A DNA stretch of 33,652 nucleotides from a virus. Its lineage: Duplodnaviria; Caudoviricetes. The notes under the pieces are model-generated. The model worked only from the letters and a program-made list of their open reading frames with translations. It did no database searches and was not told where the DNA came from. The stretch spans positions 1 through 33,652 of IMG/VR virus record IMGVR_UViG_3300027362_000020; one strand, given 5' to 3'. The position numbers and the translations under genes are program-made. Below are positions 16,354 through 25,048 of this stretch, in pieces; the stretch's first letter is position 1, and each line of letters opens with the position of its first letter.

Positions 16354-17120
16354 AAATCATTCTAATACTTTTGCTTTCGCTCCCTATCTTCGCCGAAGAA
16401 ATTGGGGATTTTACAAACTACTATTTGAAGGGAAGAAAAACTCATTTCATTAACCCAGGTCGATTAGACGAAACCCAGGATCAGCTTTACGTGGAATCCA
16501 AAGGCGAAGTAGGTTTCAAAAAAGATAATTACTTTCTAGGTGCTACCGGTGAAAGATTGTCCGCTGCCATTATGCCGGTAGATAACTTTGGACTATCAGC
16601 TTTTATTTCTGCTTTCAATGGGGAAGGGATAGAAAAATACGGAGCAAGATTTGGAACCAACCTAGCGGAGAACTATAATTTCTACGTTGGTTTTGAAGAT
16701 GCAAAAGATAGCAAGTTTACCCCAGTCTTAGGACTTGGACTAGAAGTTTTAAAAGGTGCTTTATTCTTGGAATACAACGGACAATTAAGTTCCCCCGATG
16801 AGTATAACTATCTGGCAGGCTGGGGAAAAATTTACGATAACTTTTTTGGCGATTTAACTTATGCCTCGGATAACTTTAAAAATAGGGCATTAGCGATAAC
16901 CGTTGGTGGAAAATCCCACCTCTTTGAAAGATTGATTGGGACCGCTGCCATTTCCAAAGAACTTTATTTCACCAAAGAACTAAAGGCATCCACCCACCTT
17001 CAATGGTTTCCAACCAACAGACTTGAACTTTATTTAATAAATAATTTCATGGCGTTTGGTTTAGCGGATCCTAAGTACGGTGATTTCGATGTGAACGTTG
17101 GCCTTTCCTATTATCTTTAA
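16350..17120 (+). CDS. Putative outer-membrane beta-barrel protein
   Basis: Signal peptide MKIILILLLSLPIFA, alternating amphipathic strands, C-terminal DVNVGLSYYL; AGGAG RBS before ATG 16350. Confidence 0.6.
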   Translation: MKIILILLLSLPIFAEEIGDFTNYYLKGRKTHFINPGRLDETQDQLYVESKGEVGFKKDNYFLGATGERLSAAIMPVDNFGLSAFISAFNGEGIEKYGARFGTNLAENYNFYVGFEDAKDSKFTPVLGLGLEVLKGALFLEYNGQLSSPDEYNYLAGWGKIYDNFFGDLTYASDNFKNRALAITVGGKSHLFERLIGTAAISKELYFTKELKASTHLQWFPTNRLELYLINNFMAFGLADPKYGDFDVNVGLSYYL

Positions 17121-17129
17121 GGAGGATTT

Positions 17130-17387
17130 ATGGTTGACGAGATTAAAGATCCTGCGCCTAAGCAATCAATTAAGGATGTATTTTTTGAAGAAGTCGACGG
17201 AGCAGCTAAGGTGTTGATAAGAAAAATAATATCCCCAACAAGTTTGGGGATAGTTATTATAGCTTGGGTGATAGCATCTTTAGGGATTTCTATATATGTC
17301 CGGCAACAAAACCTCTGCGATAAGCCTAGAGTTGAATTGGGGAAATATTTAAAATCCAGATTGCTTTGTGAAATTAAAGAAAACTAA
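17130..17387 (+). CDS. Single-TM membrane protein, possibly holin/lysis accessory
   Basis: One TM segment; strong AAGGAGG RBS; near the endolysin. Confidence 0.4.
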   Translation: MVDEIKDPAPKQSIKDVFFEEVDGAAKVLIRKIISPTSLGIVIIAWVIASLGISIYVRQQNLCDKPRVELGKYLKSRLLCEIKEN

Positions 17388-17503
17388 TAGAAGAAAATAT
17401 AAGATTTATAAATCGATATTATTGCCTAAAAAGGCGAGTCAAAGATATTATGGTAATCGTAAACCTACCTATGGAAGGGTAACAAAATATAGGAGGGAGA
17501 TTT

Positions 17504-18178
17504 ATGAAAAAAAGAAAGATAAATAAGAATAAATTGTTTTACAAAGGAAGCAAATTTGGAAGGCTTTTAGTGCTTGAAGATCTACCCAATAAGGGAAAGC
17601 AACCAAGGTTAAAGGCTATTTGTGATTGTGGAAATATCAGAGACTATTTTTCCCAGGCATTAAAGAATGGGAATACTACGTCTTGTGGTTGCTATAGGGA
17701 TTCGCTTTTGATTACCCATGGAGAGTACAAAACCCCTGAATACCGAGCAATGATAAACGCCCAGCAAAGATGCACTAATTCTAAAAGAAGGGGATATGAG
17801 AATTATGGCGGGAAAGGAGTCAGATTCCTTTTTAAATCTTACGAGGAATTTATAAATCATGTTGGAAAAAGAACTTCGCCAAAACATTCCTTGGACAGAT
17901 ATCCTGACACGGATGGAAATTATGAAATTGGTAATGTTCGATGGGCTACGAGACTTGAGCAGAATCTAAATCGAAGGAAGCCTAAGAATGATAATATCCC
18001 CAGAGGGGTTTCGGTCAGAAATTTGAAAAATGGCGGACATACATATACTGCTAGAATTACTTTAGATTATAAAGTAAAAACCTTGGGGGTATTTCCGACA
18101 ATGATCCAAGCGGAAAAGGCATATCTGTTTGCTTATTTTAGGGCGTATAAAGAAATGCCGCCTGAATATAGAGGATGA
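17504..18178 (+). CDS. HNH homing endonuclease with a C-terminal AP2-like domain
   Basis: FGRLLVL, CDCG, TTSCGC, NYGGKGV, SLDRYPDTDGNYEIGNVRWATRLEQ; RGVS...YTARI...LGVF.T...A. Confidence 0.85.
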   Translation: MKKRKINKNKLFYKGSKFGRLLVLEDLPNKGKQPRLKAICDCGNIRDYFSQALKNGNTTSCGCYRDSLLITHGEYKTPEYRAMINAQQRCTNSKRRGYENYGGKGVRFLFKSYEEFINHVGKRTSPKHSLDRYPDTDGNYEIGNVRWATRLEQNLNRRKPKNDNIPRGVSVRNLKNGGHTYTARITLDYKVKTLGVFPTMIQAEKAYLFAYFRAYKEMPPEYRG

Positions 18179-18179
18179 A

Positions 18180-18623
18180 ATGAAGGTAGATTTTTCTGAA
18201 ACGGAATTTATCAGAACTTGGGAGGGATTTAGTTTATCGTCCTATCGTTGCAGCGCTGGTGTTCTCACTTGCGGTTGGGGTTGTACTGGTCCTGATATTT
18301 TGGCTGATACTGTTTGGACCGAGGAATACGCCAAAGAACGATTTATGAAAGAGATTGATCTTTATTGTGAAAAGCTAACCAAATGTTTGCCTCCCAATAT
18401 AACTAAGAATAGGTTCCTCGCTTGTTTAAGTCTCAGTTACAATATCGGACTTCCCGCCTTCCAAGCATCTACACTTTTAAAGTGTCTGAAGGTAAATGAT
18501 TACGGAGGAGCCGCAGAACAGTTTTTAGTTTGGTCAAAAATTTCCGTTAATGGAAAGAAGATATTTAATAAAGGTTTACATAATCGCAGGAAAGCCGAAC
18601 AACTTATATTTCTAAAAGGTTAA
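18180..18623 (+). CDS. Endolysin, GH24 phage lysozyme
   Basis: WEGFSLSSYRCSAGVLTCGWG (E-x8-C-x5-T), SLSYNIG, STLL, GLHNRRKAE; ATG 18180 preferred. Confidence 0.93.
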   Translation: MKVDFSETEFIRTWEGFSLSSYRCSAGVLTCGWGCTGPDILADTVWTEEYAKERFMKEIDLYCEKLTKCLPPNITKNRFLACLSLSYNIGLPAFQASTLLKCLKVNDYGGAAEQFLVWSKISVNGKKIFNKGLHNRRKAEQLIFLKG

Positions 18624-18992
18624 ATGAGCGAATCCGATATCCAGAAAGAGGTAATGAAATACCTCAAAACAATCCCCAATAGTAAAACCATTCGCTTAGA
18701 CGGGCAGGGAACTATAATTAAAGGAAGGGTGGTTAAACAAAATAAAACTTTCCTGGATATTTTATTTCTTTATAACGGACAATCATTTTTCCTGGAAGTC
18801 AAAACCCCTGCCGAGAAAGAGTTTATTCTTAAACATTGGGACCGCCTTTTAGAGGGCAATTTTAATCAGGAGGATAAGACTTTAAAAAGATATAAGAATC
18901 AAATAGAAGAGGTTAAGGAGATTCAGGGAACCGGAAATATTGCAGAGTTTGTTTCATCCCTCAATGAAGTTAAGGAATTGATCGCCCATTAA
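18624..18992 (+). CDS. VRR-NUC / PD-(D/E)xK nuclease
   Basis: MSESDIQKEVMKYL...DIL...FFLEVKT...Q. Confidence 0.75.
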   Translation: MSESDIQKEVMKYLKTIPNSKTIRLDGQGTIIKGRVVKQNKTFLDILFLYNGQSFFLEVKTPAEKEFILKHWDRLLEGNFNQEDKTLKRYKNQIEEVKEIQGTGNIAEFVSSLNEVKELIAH

Positions 18993-19092
18993 GCACGTAG
19001 GTTTTCCACATTAATCACCTCCCAAAACCCCTAAACTTATCCAAGAATCTTGCCACAGATATTAATTTGATTGGCATAAATTTAATGATTGT

Positions 19093-19314
19093 TTAATCTA
19101 TATCGCCCAGGTCATATTGCCTTCCCTCAATCCAATTCCATACTTGATCCGATTTTCCATCGAGTATCATCTCATGGGGTGACTTTCCTAGGAAATTTAT
19201 ATTGGATGTTCGCATAAAATGAATAGCTTTAAATCTATCCTTATTGAAAAAAACTCTTGCTACATATCTGGTGATGATAAGAATAATTAAATTTCTTTCT
19301 GATAAATTTTCCAT
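19093..19314 (-). CDS. Xre/MbcA/ParS antitoxin C-terminal (DUF2384-like) domain protein
   Basis: FFNKDRFKAIHFMRTSNINFLGKSPHEMILDGKSDQV matches the F.....A..W....N..L.G..P..L...G....V pattern. Confidence 0.6.
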   Translation of the reverse strand: MENLSERNLIILIITRYVARVFFNKDRFKAIHFMRTSNINFLGKSPHEMILDGKSDQVWNWIEGRQYDLGDID

Positions 19315-19597
19315 TAATCTATTTTATATAACTGGTAAAGAAAAGGGACCCCTTTTTATCGAGGTCCCTTAACTTTTCTTGGAGCTTCAAATAACTAAGA
19401 GTGAAAAAACGGATAAGAAAATCATACCATAAATTAACAAAATAAAAGGAGGAAAAAATGGGTAAGACAAAGAAAAAAACTAAAAAGACTTCGCCAGCAA
19501 AAGCCAAGTAATTTAATTTAGTAAAGGCCCTCAAGGACGAGGGGGTGTCGAAAGACATTCCCTTAGTATGAGGGCAATTTTATGTTAGGATTAACCC

Positions 19598-20437
19598 ATG
19601 ACCAGCCTTGAATATTTAAAATTAACGCTCGGGATCGCCTTAGATAAACCCGCTACCGCGACATTTGAATCTGCGACATTTACTGCGGTAACTCCTGGAA
19701 CTATTGGAAACAGCATTATCTTGGCCATTGCAATTGGGGACACCCCTCAACAAGTAATTGATGCCTGGAATCTAGTTCCAGCGAATGTGAATAATCAAGT
19801 ATCGGTTATTGGTGGACCGGCAACCTTTGTGGGCGCAAGCCCAACGCTCGCACTTACTGGGGGAGTTGATGAGGACCATTCCAGGGATGCCGAGCTTCAG
19901 GCGTATTTAGATTTAGCGGTTGGCTATATCGATGATTATATGAACCGGCAAATGTTGGCGGGGGATCATTTGGATATTATCCAGGAGCCAAAACAATTTT
20001 CATCTATTATCACAAAGAACTGGCCCATAAATAGTGTTGCTTATATTGCCTCAAAAGGGGTGATGCAAACCTTAACCGATTATAAAATTTATAACTCTTT
20101 AGGAAAGATAATTCTTTTCACTCCCGAATATATTCAGATGCCCATCGATGGAACTTTTGTCGAGGTTCAATACAACGCCGGCTATGCTCCTGGGACTGAG
20201 CCTGCATGGTTGATTCAGGCCATAGCAATGACCGCAGCTTCAATTTATGGATCAAAGGGCGGAGGTGGATCTGTTACGGCAGGAACAATTAAATCAGAAT
20301 CGATTACCGGGGTTTACTCGGTAAGTTATTTTTCACCTAACGAGCAAACCCAAACGGCGTCGGTATCCGTAGGCTTTGGGATAATTCCTGATTCAGTTAC
20401 CGCGGTTTTAGATGCCCATAAAAATAGGTTGATTTAA
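19598..20437 (+). CDS. Head-tail adaptor (gp6/gp15-like) with an inserted domain
   Basis: SLEYLKLTLGI...D..RDAELQAYLDLAVGYIDDYMNR, WPINSV, VEVQYNAGY, IKSESI..YSVSY. Confidence 0.8.
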   Translation: MTSLEYLKLTLGIALDKPATATFESATFTAVTPGTIGNSIILAIAIGDTPQQVIDAWNLVPANVNNQVSVIGGPATFVGASPTLALTGGVDEDHSRDAELQAYLDLAVGYIDDYMNRQMLAGDHLDIIQEPKQFSSIITKNWPINSVAYIASKGVMQTLTDYKIYNSLGKIILFTPEYIQMPIDGTFVEVQYNAGYAPGTEPAWLIQAIAMTAASIYGSKGGGGSVTAGTIKSESITGVYSVSYFSPNEQTQTASVSVGFGIIPDSVTAVLDAHKNRLI

Positions 20438-20770
20438 ATGGATATAACTCCCGTCACTTCTTTTTATACTTATGTTTTTAATCGAATCGGCGAGACTGGT
20501 TCTTTTTTAATAAATACTGGGGCAGCTTTTAACACCATTCCCAATGTTTTAATGGTTGCCTTGTTGCCTCATACCCAAGTCGATGGCATCGGAACAATCC
20601 CTGAGACTTCTTTTAAAGTTCTAATCCGCGGATCAGATTTAGTCCTTCCTCCCAAAATGAGTGACCGAATTATTTTCAGGGGAAAGCAATATACCTTTAC
20701 CGAACAGGATCCGGTCAGTCTTTCAATAAATGGAACGGTGGTCGCCTACTCTCTAATCGTGAGTAATTAA
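20438..20770 (+). CDS. Head-tail joining (closure) protein
   Basis: Size, position, and P...DRII..G..Y motif. Confidence 0.6.
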   Translation: MDITPVTSFYTYVFNRIGETGSFLINTGAAFNTIPNVLMVALLPHTQVDGIGTIPETSFKVLIRGSDLVLPPKMSDRIIFRGKQYTFTEQDPVSLSINGTVVAYSLIVSN

Positions 20771-21436
20771 ATGGTCACAATAAACGCCAAACAAATATCG
20801 GTTCAACTAGGAAAGATAAGCAAAGAAACCCCTCAGCTTTATCGGGCCTTTATGTATAAAACTTTGAAGGTCGCTGAGGCGGATGTTAAGGCCACACAAA
20901 ACTTTGACGGCACCCTTTTAGTAGATAAAAGCCCTAGAAAATCTCCCGCTAAAGTAAATCTAAACGGACAACTTCAATTAATAGATCAGGTGGATATTTC
21001 AGAAGTAATTAGATCAGCGGAGCAATTATATTATCAGATAGCCCCGGTCACAACCGGAGCATATAAAAGGGATGTCAGATGGTTGGTAGGTGGGAGCCTG
21101 GTCAATCTTCCTTTAATTGGGGATCATAAAACGGCAATCCTCACCAACATAAGTCCTTATAGTCGCCGCATGGAGTTCGGAAAGAAAGAAACTAATATAA
21201 CCCAAAGCAGATATAGAAAGGTAAGAGGCAGGATTAGAATCAAAAAAAAGATTACCAAGCGGTGGGCCGCGGAGGCACCGGAAGGGGTTTTATTAAAAGT
21301 AACTGCCATGTTAAGATCAAGGCATAAAGATTTAATTAGGTCAGGAAAAATATATATTAAGTTTAAAAAGATAACCGGAGTAGCAGGACCACTTTCTAGC
21401 TACCCTGGAATAATAATTGGAAGGTCAAAAAGATGA
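20771..21436 (+). CDS. Tail completion protein (HK97 gp10-like)
   Basis: APVTTGAYK, N.SPYSRRMEFG, QAP-like EAPEG. Confidence 0.7.
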   Translation: MVTINAKQISVQLGKISKETPQLYRAFMYKTLKVAEADVKATQNFDGTLLVDKSPRKSPAKVNLNGQLQLIDQVDISEVIRSAEQLYYQIAPVTTGAYKRDVRWLVGGSLVNLPLIGDHKTAILTNISPYSRRMEFGKKETNITQSRYRKVRGRIRIKKKITKRWAAEAPEGVLLKVTAMLRSRHKDLIRSGKIYIKFKKITGVAGPLSSYPGIIIGRSKR

Positions 21437-21852
21437 GTTCCCTTGCAGCTAAAACTTTAATCAAAGCAGATTTCACAGCCAATTGGGTCGCGACTCCTTG
21501 GTTTGATCTAGCTGACTATTTAAACCTTGCAGATGTTCCGGTTGCCAATGAAACTAATACTTGGTTGGGCCTTGAGTTTCCTCCGGCGACGGATGCTAGA
21601 GTGACGATAGGAATCCCGATTCAATCTAGGGAAACCGGATTAGTTGTAATTCATTGTATGGTTCCCGACGGATTCCCTGCTACGGTAGGAGATACATTAG
21701 CAGAACAGGCAAGAAATTTTCTTAGATGGAAAAGATTAGGGAATCTTACTTTCGGAGATATAAATACACCTCAGCAATATCAAAATGACCTCGGAGCTTT
21801 TAGGGACTTCGCATTCACGTGCAATTATTACTTTGACCAATTTACCCCTTAA
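21433..21852 (+). CDS. Tail terminator protein
   Basis: Position before the tail tube; RETGLVVIHCMVPDG resembles terminator proteins. Confidence 0.65.
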   Translation: MSSLAAKTLIKADFTANWVATPWFDLADYLNLADVPVANETNTWLGLEFPPATDARVTIGIPIQSRETGLVVIHCMVPDGFPATVGDTLAEQARNFLRWKRLGNLTFGDINTPQQYQNDLGAFRDFAFTCNYYFDQFTP

Positions 21853-21891
21853 CTTTAAAATTGGTTTATAACAAATTGAGAGGATTTTCCC

Positions 21892-23067
21892 ATGTCGTCA
21901 AGTAACCTAGTTTCCGTAACCATGCTGAAAGAAGTTACCGCAGGGACAACCCCTCCCGCACCCGCACCTTTTGAAACAATGAGGTTTACAAGCGAATCCC
22001 TCAATGGGGCTGCCGAAACGATTGCTTCAGAAGAGTTGAATCCCAGTCGCGCAAGTGCCGGAGTGATCAATGTAGGTTTAACTGTAAATGGGGACATAAA
22101 TGCGGAGTTCTCTCCTTCTCCAATATATAAAGAACTAATTTTATCGGCGATGATGAGCCCTAGTTGGACTGCCGCAGTTAGCTCAACAGCGGCTAGCTAC
22201 GTTGTGGACAATGTTGCCAAAACCATTACAGGTGCAGGCGATGATTTAACAACAATTTTTACCGTCGGAAGTACGGTTAAACTAGATACTGGATTTGTTG
22301 CTAATCAGGGAAAAGCGGTTTATATAAGCGCCGTCACTCCGACGGTTGTAACTTATGTCGGGGAATTGGTTAATGAAACCGCGGCAACAGGAGTTTTAAA
22401 AAGCCCTGAATCGGTTGGCATCGGCGGAGGCGCAAATACAACCGTGCATTCATATACTTTGTCTAAACAATTTTTGGATTTAGTAAATAAATCTCTGACC
22501 TATAGAGGCTCCACAGTTAATACTTGGTCGATGGCATACGAATGGGGGCAAATAATTCAAACTGTTTTTGGCTTTGTTGGTTTAGGGTGGGAGGTTCCTG
22601 CTTTGCCTGTTACAGATGGTCGAACAATAAATCCCGCCACAACTCAAGCTCCGCTAAATGGATCTTCCCAAGTAGGTACTATCCTCATAAATAATCAAGA
22701 TTTGAATTTATGTTTTTCCAGTTTAAATATTGCTTTGAATAATAACGATAGATCGAACCAATGTATAGGAAGGCTCTCAAGTACTTCCGTAACACCTGGC
22801 CAGGCACAAATCGACGTGACGGCTTCCCTCTACCTGGGGGATAATAGTTGGGAATTTATCCAGAAAAAAATAACAAATGAAAGTGTATCTCTATATGTTG
22901 TAGCGAGTTCCGCAGAGGGCGGGATTGCGATACTTATTCCGGCGCTAACCGTCCCAGGGACAAATGATCCATTAGCTTCAGGGCCAAATACGGACGTTAT
23001 GCTTGAATTGGTCGCGAGTGCGCGACAGCCCGCCACAGGCAATCTTATGACCGTTTACTGGTTATAG
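21892..23067 (+). CDS. Major tail tube protein
   Basis: EVTAGTTP, RFTSESL, SEEL...R, GDINAEFS pattern of siphophage tube proteins. Confidence 0.85.
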   Translation: MSSSNLVSVTMLKEVTAGTTPPAPAPFETMRFTSESLNGAAETIASEELNPSRASAGVINVGLTVNGDINAEFSPSPIYKELILSAMMSPSWTAAVSSTAASYVVDNVAKTITGAGDDLTTIFTVGSTVKLDTGFVANQGKAVYISAVTPTVVTYVGELVNETAATGVLKSPESVGIGGGANTTVHSYTLSKQFLDLVNKSLTYRGSTVNTWSMAYEWGQIIQTVFGFVGLGWEVPALPVTDGRTINPATTQAPLNGSSQVGTILINNQDLNLCFSSLNIALNNNDRSNQCIGRLSSTSVTPGQAQIDVTASLYLGDNSWEFIQKKITNESVSLYVVASSAEGGIAILIPALTVPGTNDPLASGPNTDVMLELVASARQPATGNLMTVYWL

Positions 23068-23128
23068 TGTCTAAAGTTTGGTCACTATGCCCATTTATAT
23101 ATAGATGAATTTATTGATATGATATTAT

Positions 23129-24337
23129 TTGTCTATGGGCGGAAAAAGAAAATACTCAGACAAAGAAGTTAAAATTGAATTATCCAAATTTACCTCAACA
23201 AAAGATTTAATTGAAAAATCTATGTGGGCATATGCCGCTGCTAAAAGAAGAGGATTTTTAGAAGAATTTGAATTAACCCAAAATACTCAATGGTCTAAAA
23301 AAACTGACTTAGAACTTCATGAAGTTGCTAAAAAATTTAAATTTAAAAGCGATTTCTGCAAAGAACTACCTGGGGCATATAACGAAGCTAAAAAAAGAGG
23401 GCTGTTCAATCTTATAACTAGTCATATGGGGAAAAAGGTTTTTAGACAATATACAGATGAACAAGTAATCCTCGAAGGTAAAAAGTTTGAGACTAAAAAA
23501 GATTTTAGGAAATTTTCAATTAATTTTTATACGGTGGCAGTTAAAAGAAAGTTGATTTATGATCTTGAACCTTTTTGGACTCCTTCAGGAAGCAAATATT
23601 TCCGTTGTATTTATGCTTTAATATTTCCTGATAAAGCAATTTATTTTGGTTTATCATTGGATTTCTCCGAAAGAATAAATTCCCATTTGAGGAAGTCCTG
23701 TAATAAATATGTCAGAGAATTGTTAAAAACCCAAACACCAAAAATAATTCAATTAACTGGATATATGGAAAGACAGGATGCCAGGGTCTTGGAGAGGTCA
23801 AAAATAAAAGAATTCAAATCTAGAGGATGGAGGGTATTGAATATAAAAAATGGCGGAGAATTGGGTGGATTAGTAGAAAAATATTCTGATGAATCTATTA
23901 TGGAAAAAGTAATGGATTGTAAGTCTATGGCCGAATTTAGAGAAAAATATCCTTCTTTTTATAGCTTGGCTGCTCAAAGGAGATTGATTGAAAAGTGTCA
24001 TGCAATTTTCGGTACGGAGGCTCAAAAAAGCAGGGCCTTGGTTACCTTTGAGGAATGCCTAGACATGGCAAAAGATTTAAAAGGAAGATCAGAGTTATAT
24101 AAAAAATCTACCAGACATTATATGGCAGCCAAAAATAATGGTTGGTTGGACCTTATTTTGCCTTTGATATATAATCCTCAAGGCAAATATGAGACTTTTG
24201 AAGAATGCCAAAAGGCTGCCGCGCAATGTGATAGCAGATGGGATTTCAGTAAGAAATTTAGAGTAGCTTATTATACGAGTAGAAAAAACGGATGGATGGA
24301 TATATTCTTTAAGGATAAAAGGAAGAAAAATGAATGA
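23129..24337 (+). CDS. GIY-YIG endonuclease flanked by six helical repeats
   Basis: CIYALIF...IYFGLS....R...H, later LE...I and LN...GG; start may be ATG 23135. Confidence 0.75.
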   Translation: MSMGGKRKYSDKEVKIELSKFTSTKDLIEKSMWAYAAAKRRGFLEEFELTQNTQWSKKTDLELHEVAKKFKFKSDFCKELPGAYNEAKKRGLFNLITSHMGKKVFRQYTDEQVILEGKKFETKKDFRKFSINFYTVAVKRKLIYDLEPFWTPSGSKYFRCIYALIFPDKAIYFGLSLDFSERINSHLRKSCNKYVRELLKTQTPKIIQLTGYMERQDARVLERSKIKEFKSRGWRVLNIKNGGELGGLVEKYSDESIMEKVMDCKSMAEFREKYPSFYSLAAQRRLIEKCHAIFGTEAQKSRALVTFEECLDMAKDLKGRSELYKKSTRHYMAAKNNGWLDLILPLIYNPQGKYETFEECQKAAAQCDSRWDFSKKFRVAYYTSRKNGWMDIFFKDKRKKNE

Positions 24338-24752
24338 TTTATATAAAGAATTTGGGACCAATAAAGAACTCGAACAGGGCGGAGTAAAGGTTTCTCCTAT
24401 AGATGGAATATATTTTTGGGTTAAAAGAACTGGTGGTGCCAATAAAGCCTATTCGGAAGCAGCGACCAAAAGGCTTCGTCCTTATGTTCAAAAGTTCAAT
24501 AACGGAAAAAGTATCCCGCTTGATATCGTTCAGAATATAAACATAGAATTGTTTGTAGAGTATGCTCTTACAAACTGGGAAAATGTAACCGACCGCCAAG
24601 GTAATCCTCTTCCATTCAATAAAGAAAACGCCACAAAATTACTTCAAGAACTTCCAGAACTCTACTCCTTTTTAAGCGACTCCGGATCAGATTTGTCCCT
24701 CTTTCAAAATAGCGAGGTGGAGGAAATCTCAAAAAAGTCATCGAATGCTTAG
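24330..24752 (+). CDS. Tail assembly chaperone (gpG-like)
   Basis: Lies between tube and tape measure; NWENV.D..G..LPF.KENA..LL...PEL. Confidence 0.85.
   Translation: MNDLYKEFGTNKELEQGGVKVSPIDGIYFWVKRTGGANKAYSEAATKRLRPYVQKFNNGKSIPLDIVQNINIELFVEYALTNWENVTDRQGNPLPFNKENATKLLQELPELYSFLSDSGSDLSLFQNSEVEEISKKSSNA
24731..24737 (+). promoter_or_regulatory. -1 programmed ribosomal frameshift site A AAA AAG
   Basis: In-frame tcA AAA AAG near the end of the chaperone; the -1 frame stays open to TAA at 25048. Confidence 0.85.
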
Positions 24753-25048
24753 GTTGGTTAGACAAGTGGGCGGGCAAAGATGAGTTCTACGATTTCTTAG
24801 AATCAACAGGTAAATTATCCGACAAAGATATTAAACCCGACTTTGACGAAGTAGTATTTTACATCGAATCCTTTATTGATTTATCCACCGAGCGAACCAT
24901 CGGAATGGCACTTGGACCGATCCCCATATCTAAAATCATTTCCTATCAACTTCATTTTGGTTTATCAGAAGAATTTGTTAACATAATAAGGCAAGTGGAT
25001 AGTTTATATTTGAAGGAAGTGGATAACAAAACCAAAAAGGCGAAGTAA
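24737..25048 (+). CDS. Frameshifted C-terminal extension of the chaperone (gpGT-like; not in the ORF track)
   Basis: VIECLGWLDKW...FIDLSTERTIGMALGPIPISKIISY...IRQVDSLYL; stop overlaps the tape measure ATG. Confidence 0.85.
   Translation, partial: VIECLGWLDKWAGKDEFYDFLESTGKLSDKDIKPDFDEVVFYIESFIDLSTERTIGMALGPIPISKIISYQLHFGLSEEFVNIIRQVDSLYLKEVDNKTKKAK

Noticed and set aside
18180-18623. Cys in place of Asp in the lysozyme catalytic triad
   Set aside because: E-x8-C-x5-T is a known common variant of GH24 phage lysozymes
19319-19558. 79 aa minus-strand ORF
   Set aside because: Its Phe-rich sequence mirrors an A-rich intergenic region; the + strand micro-ORF with a strong RBS explains it better
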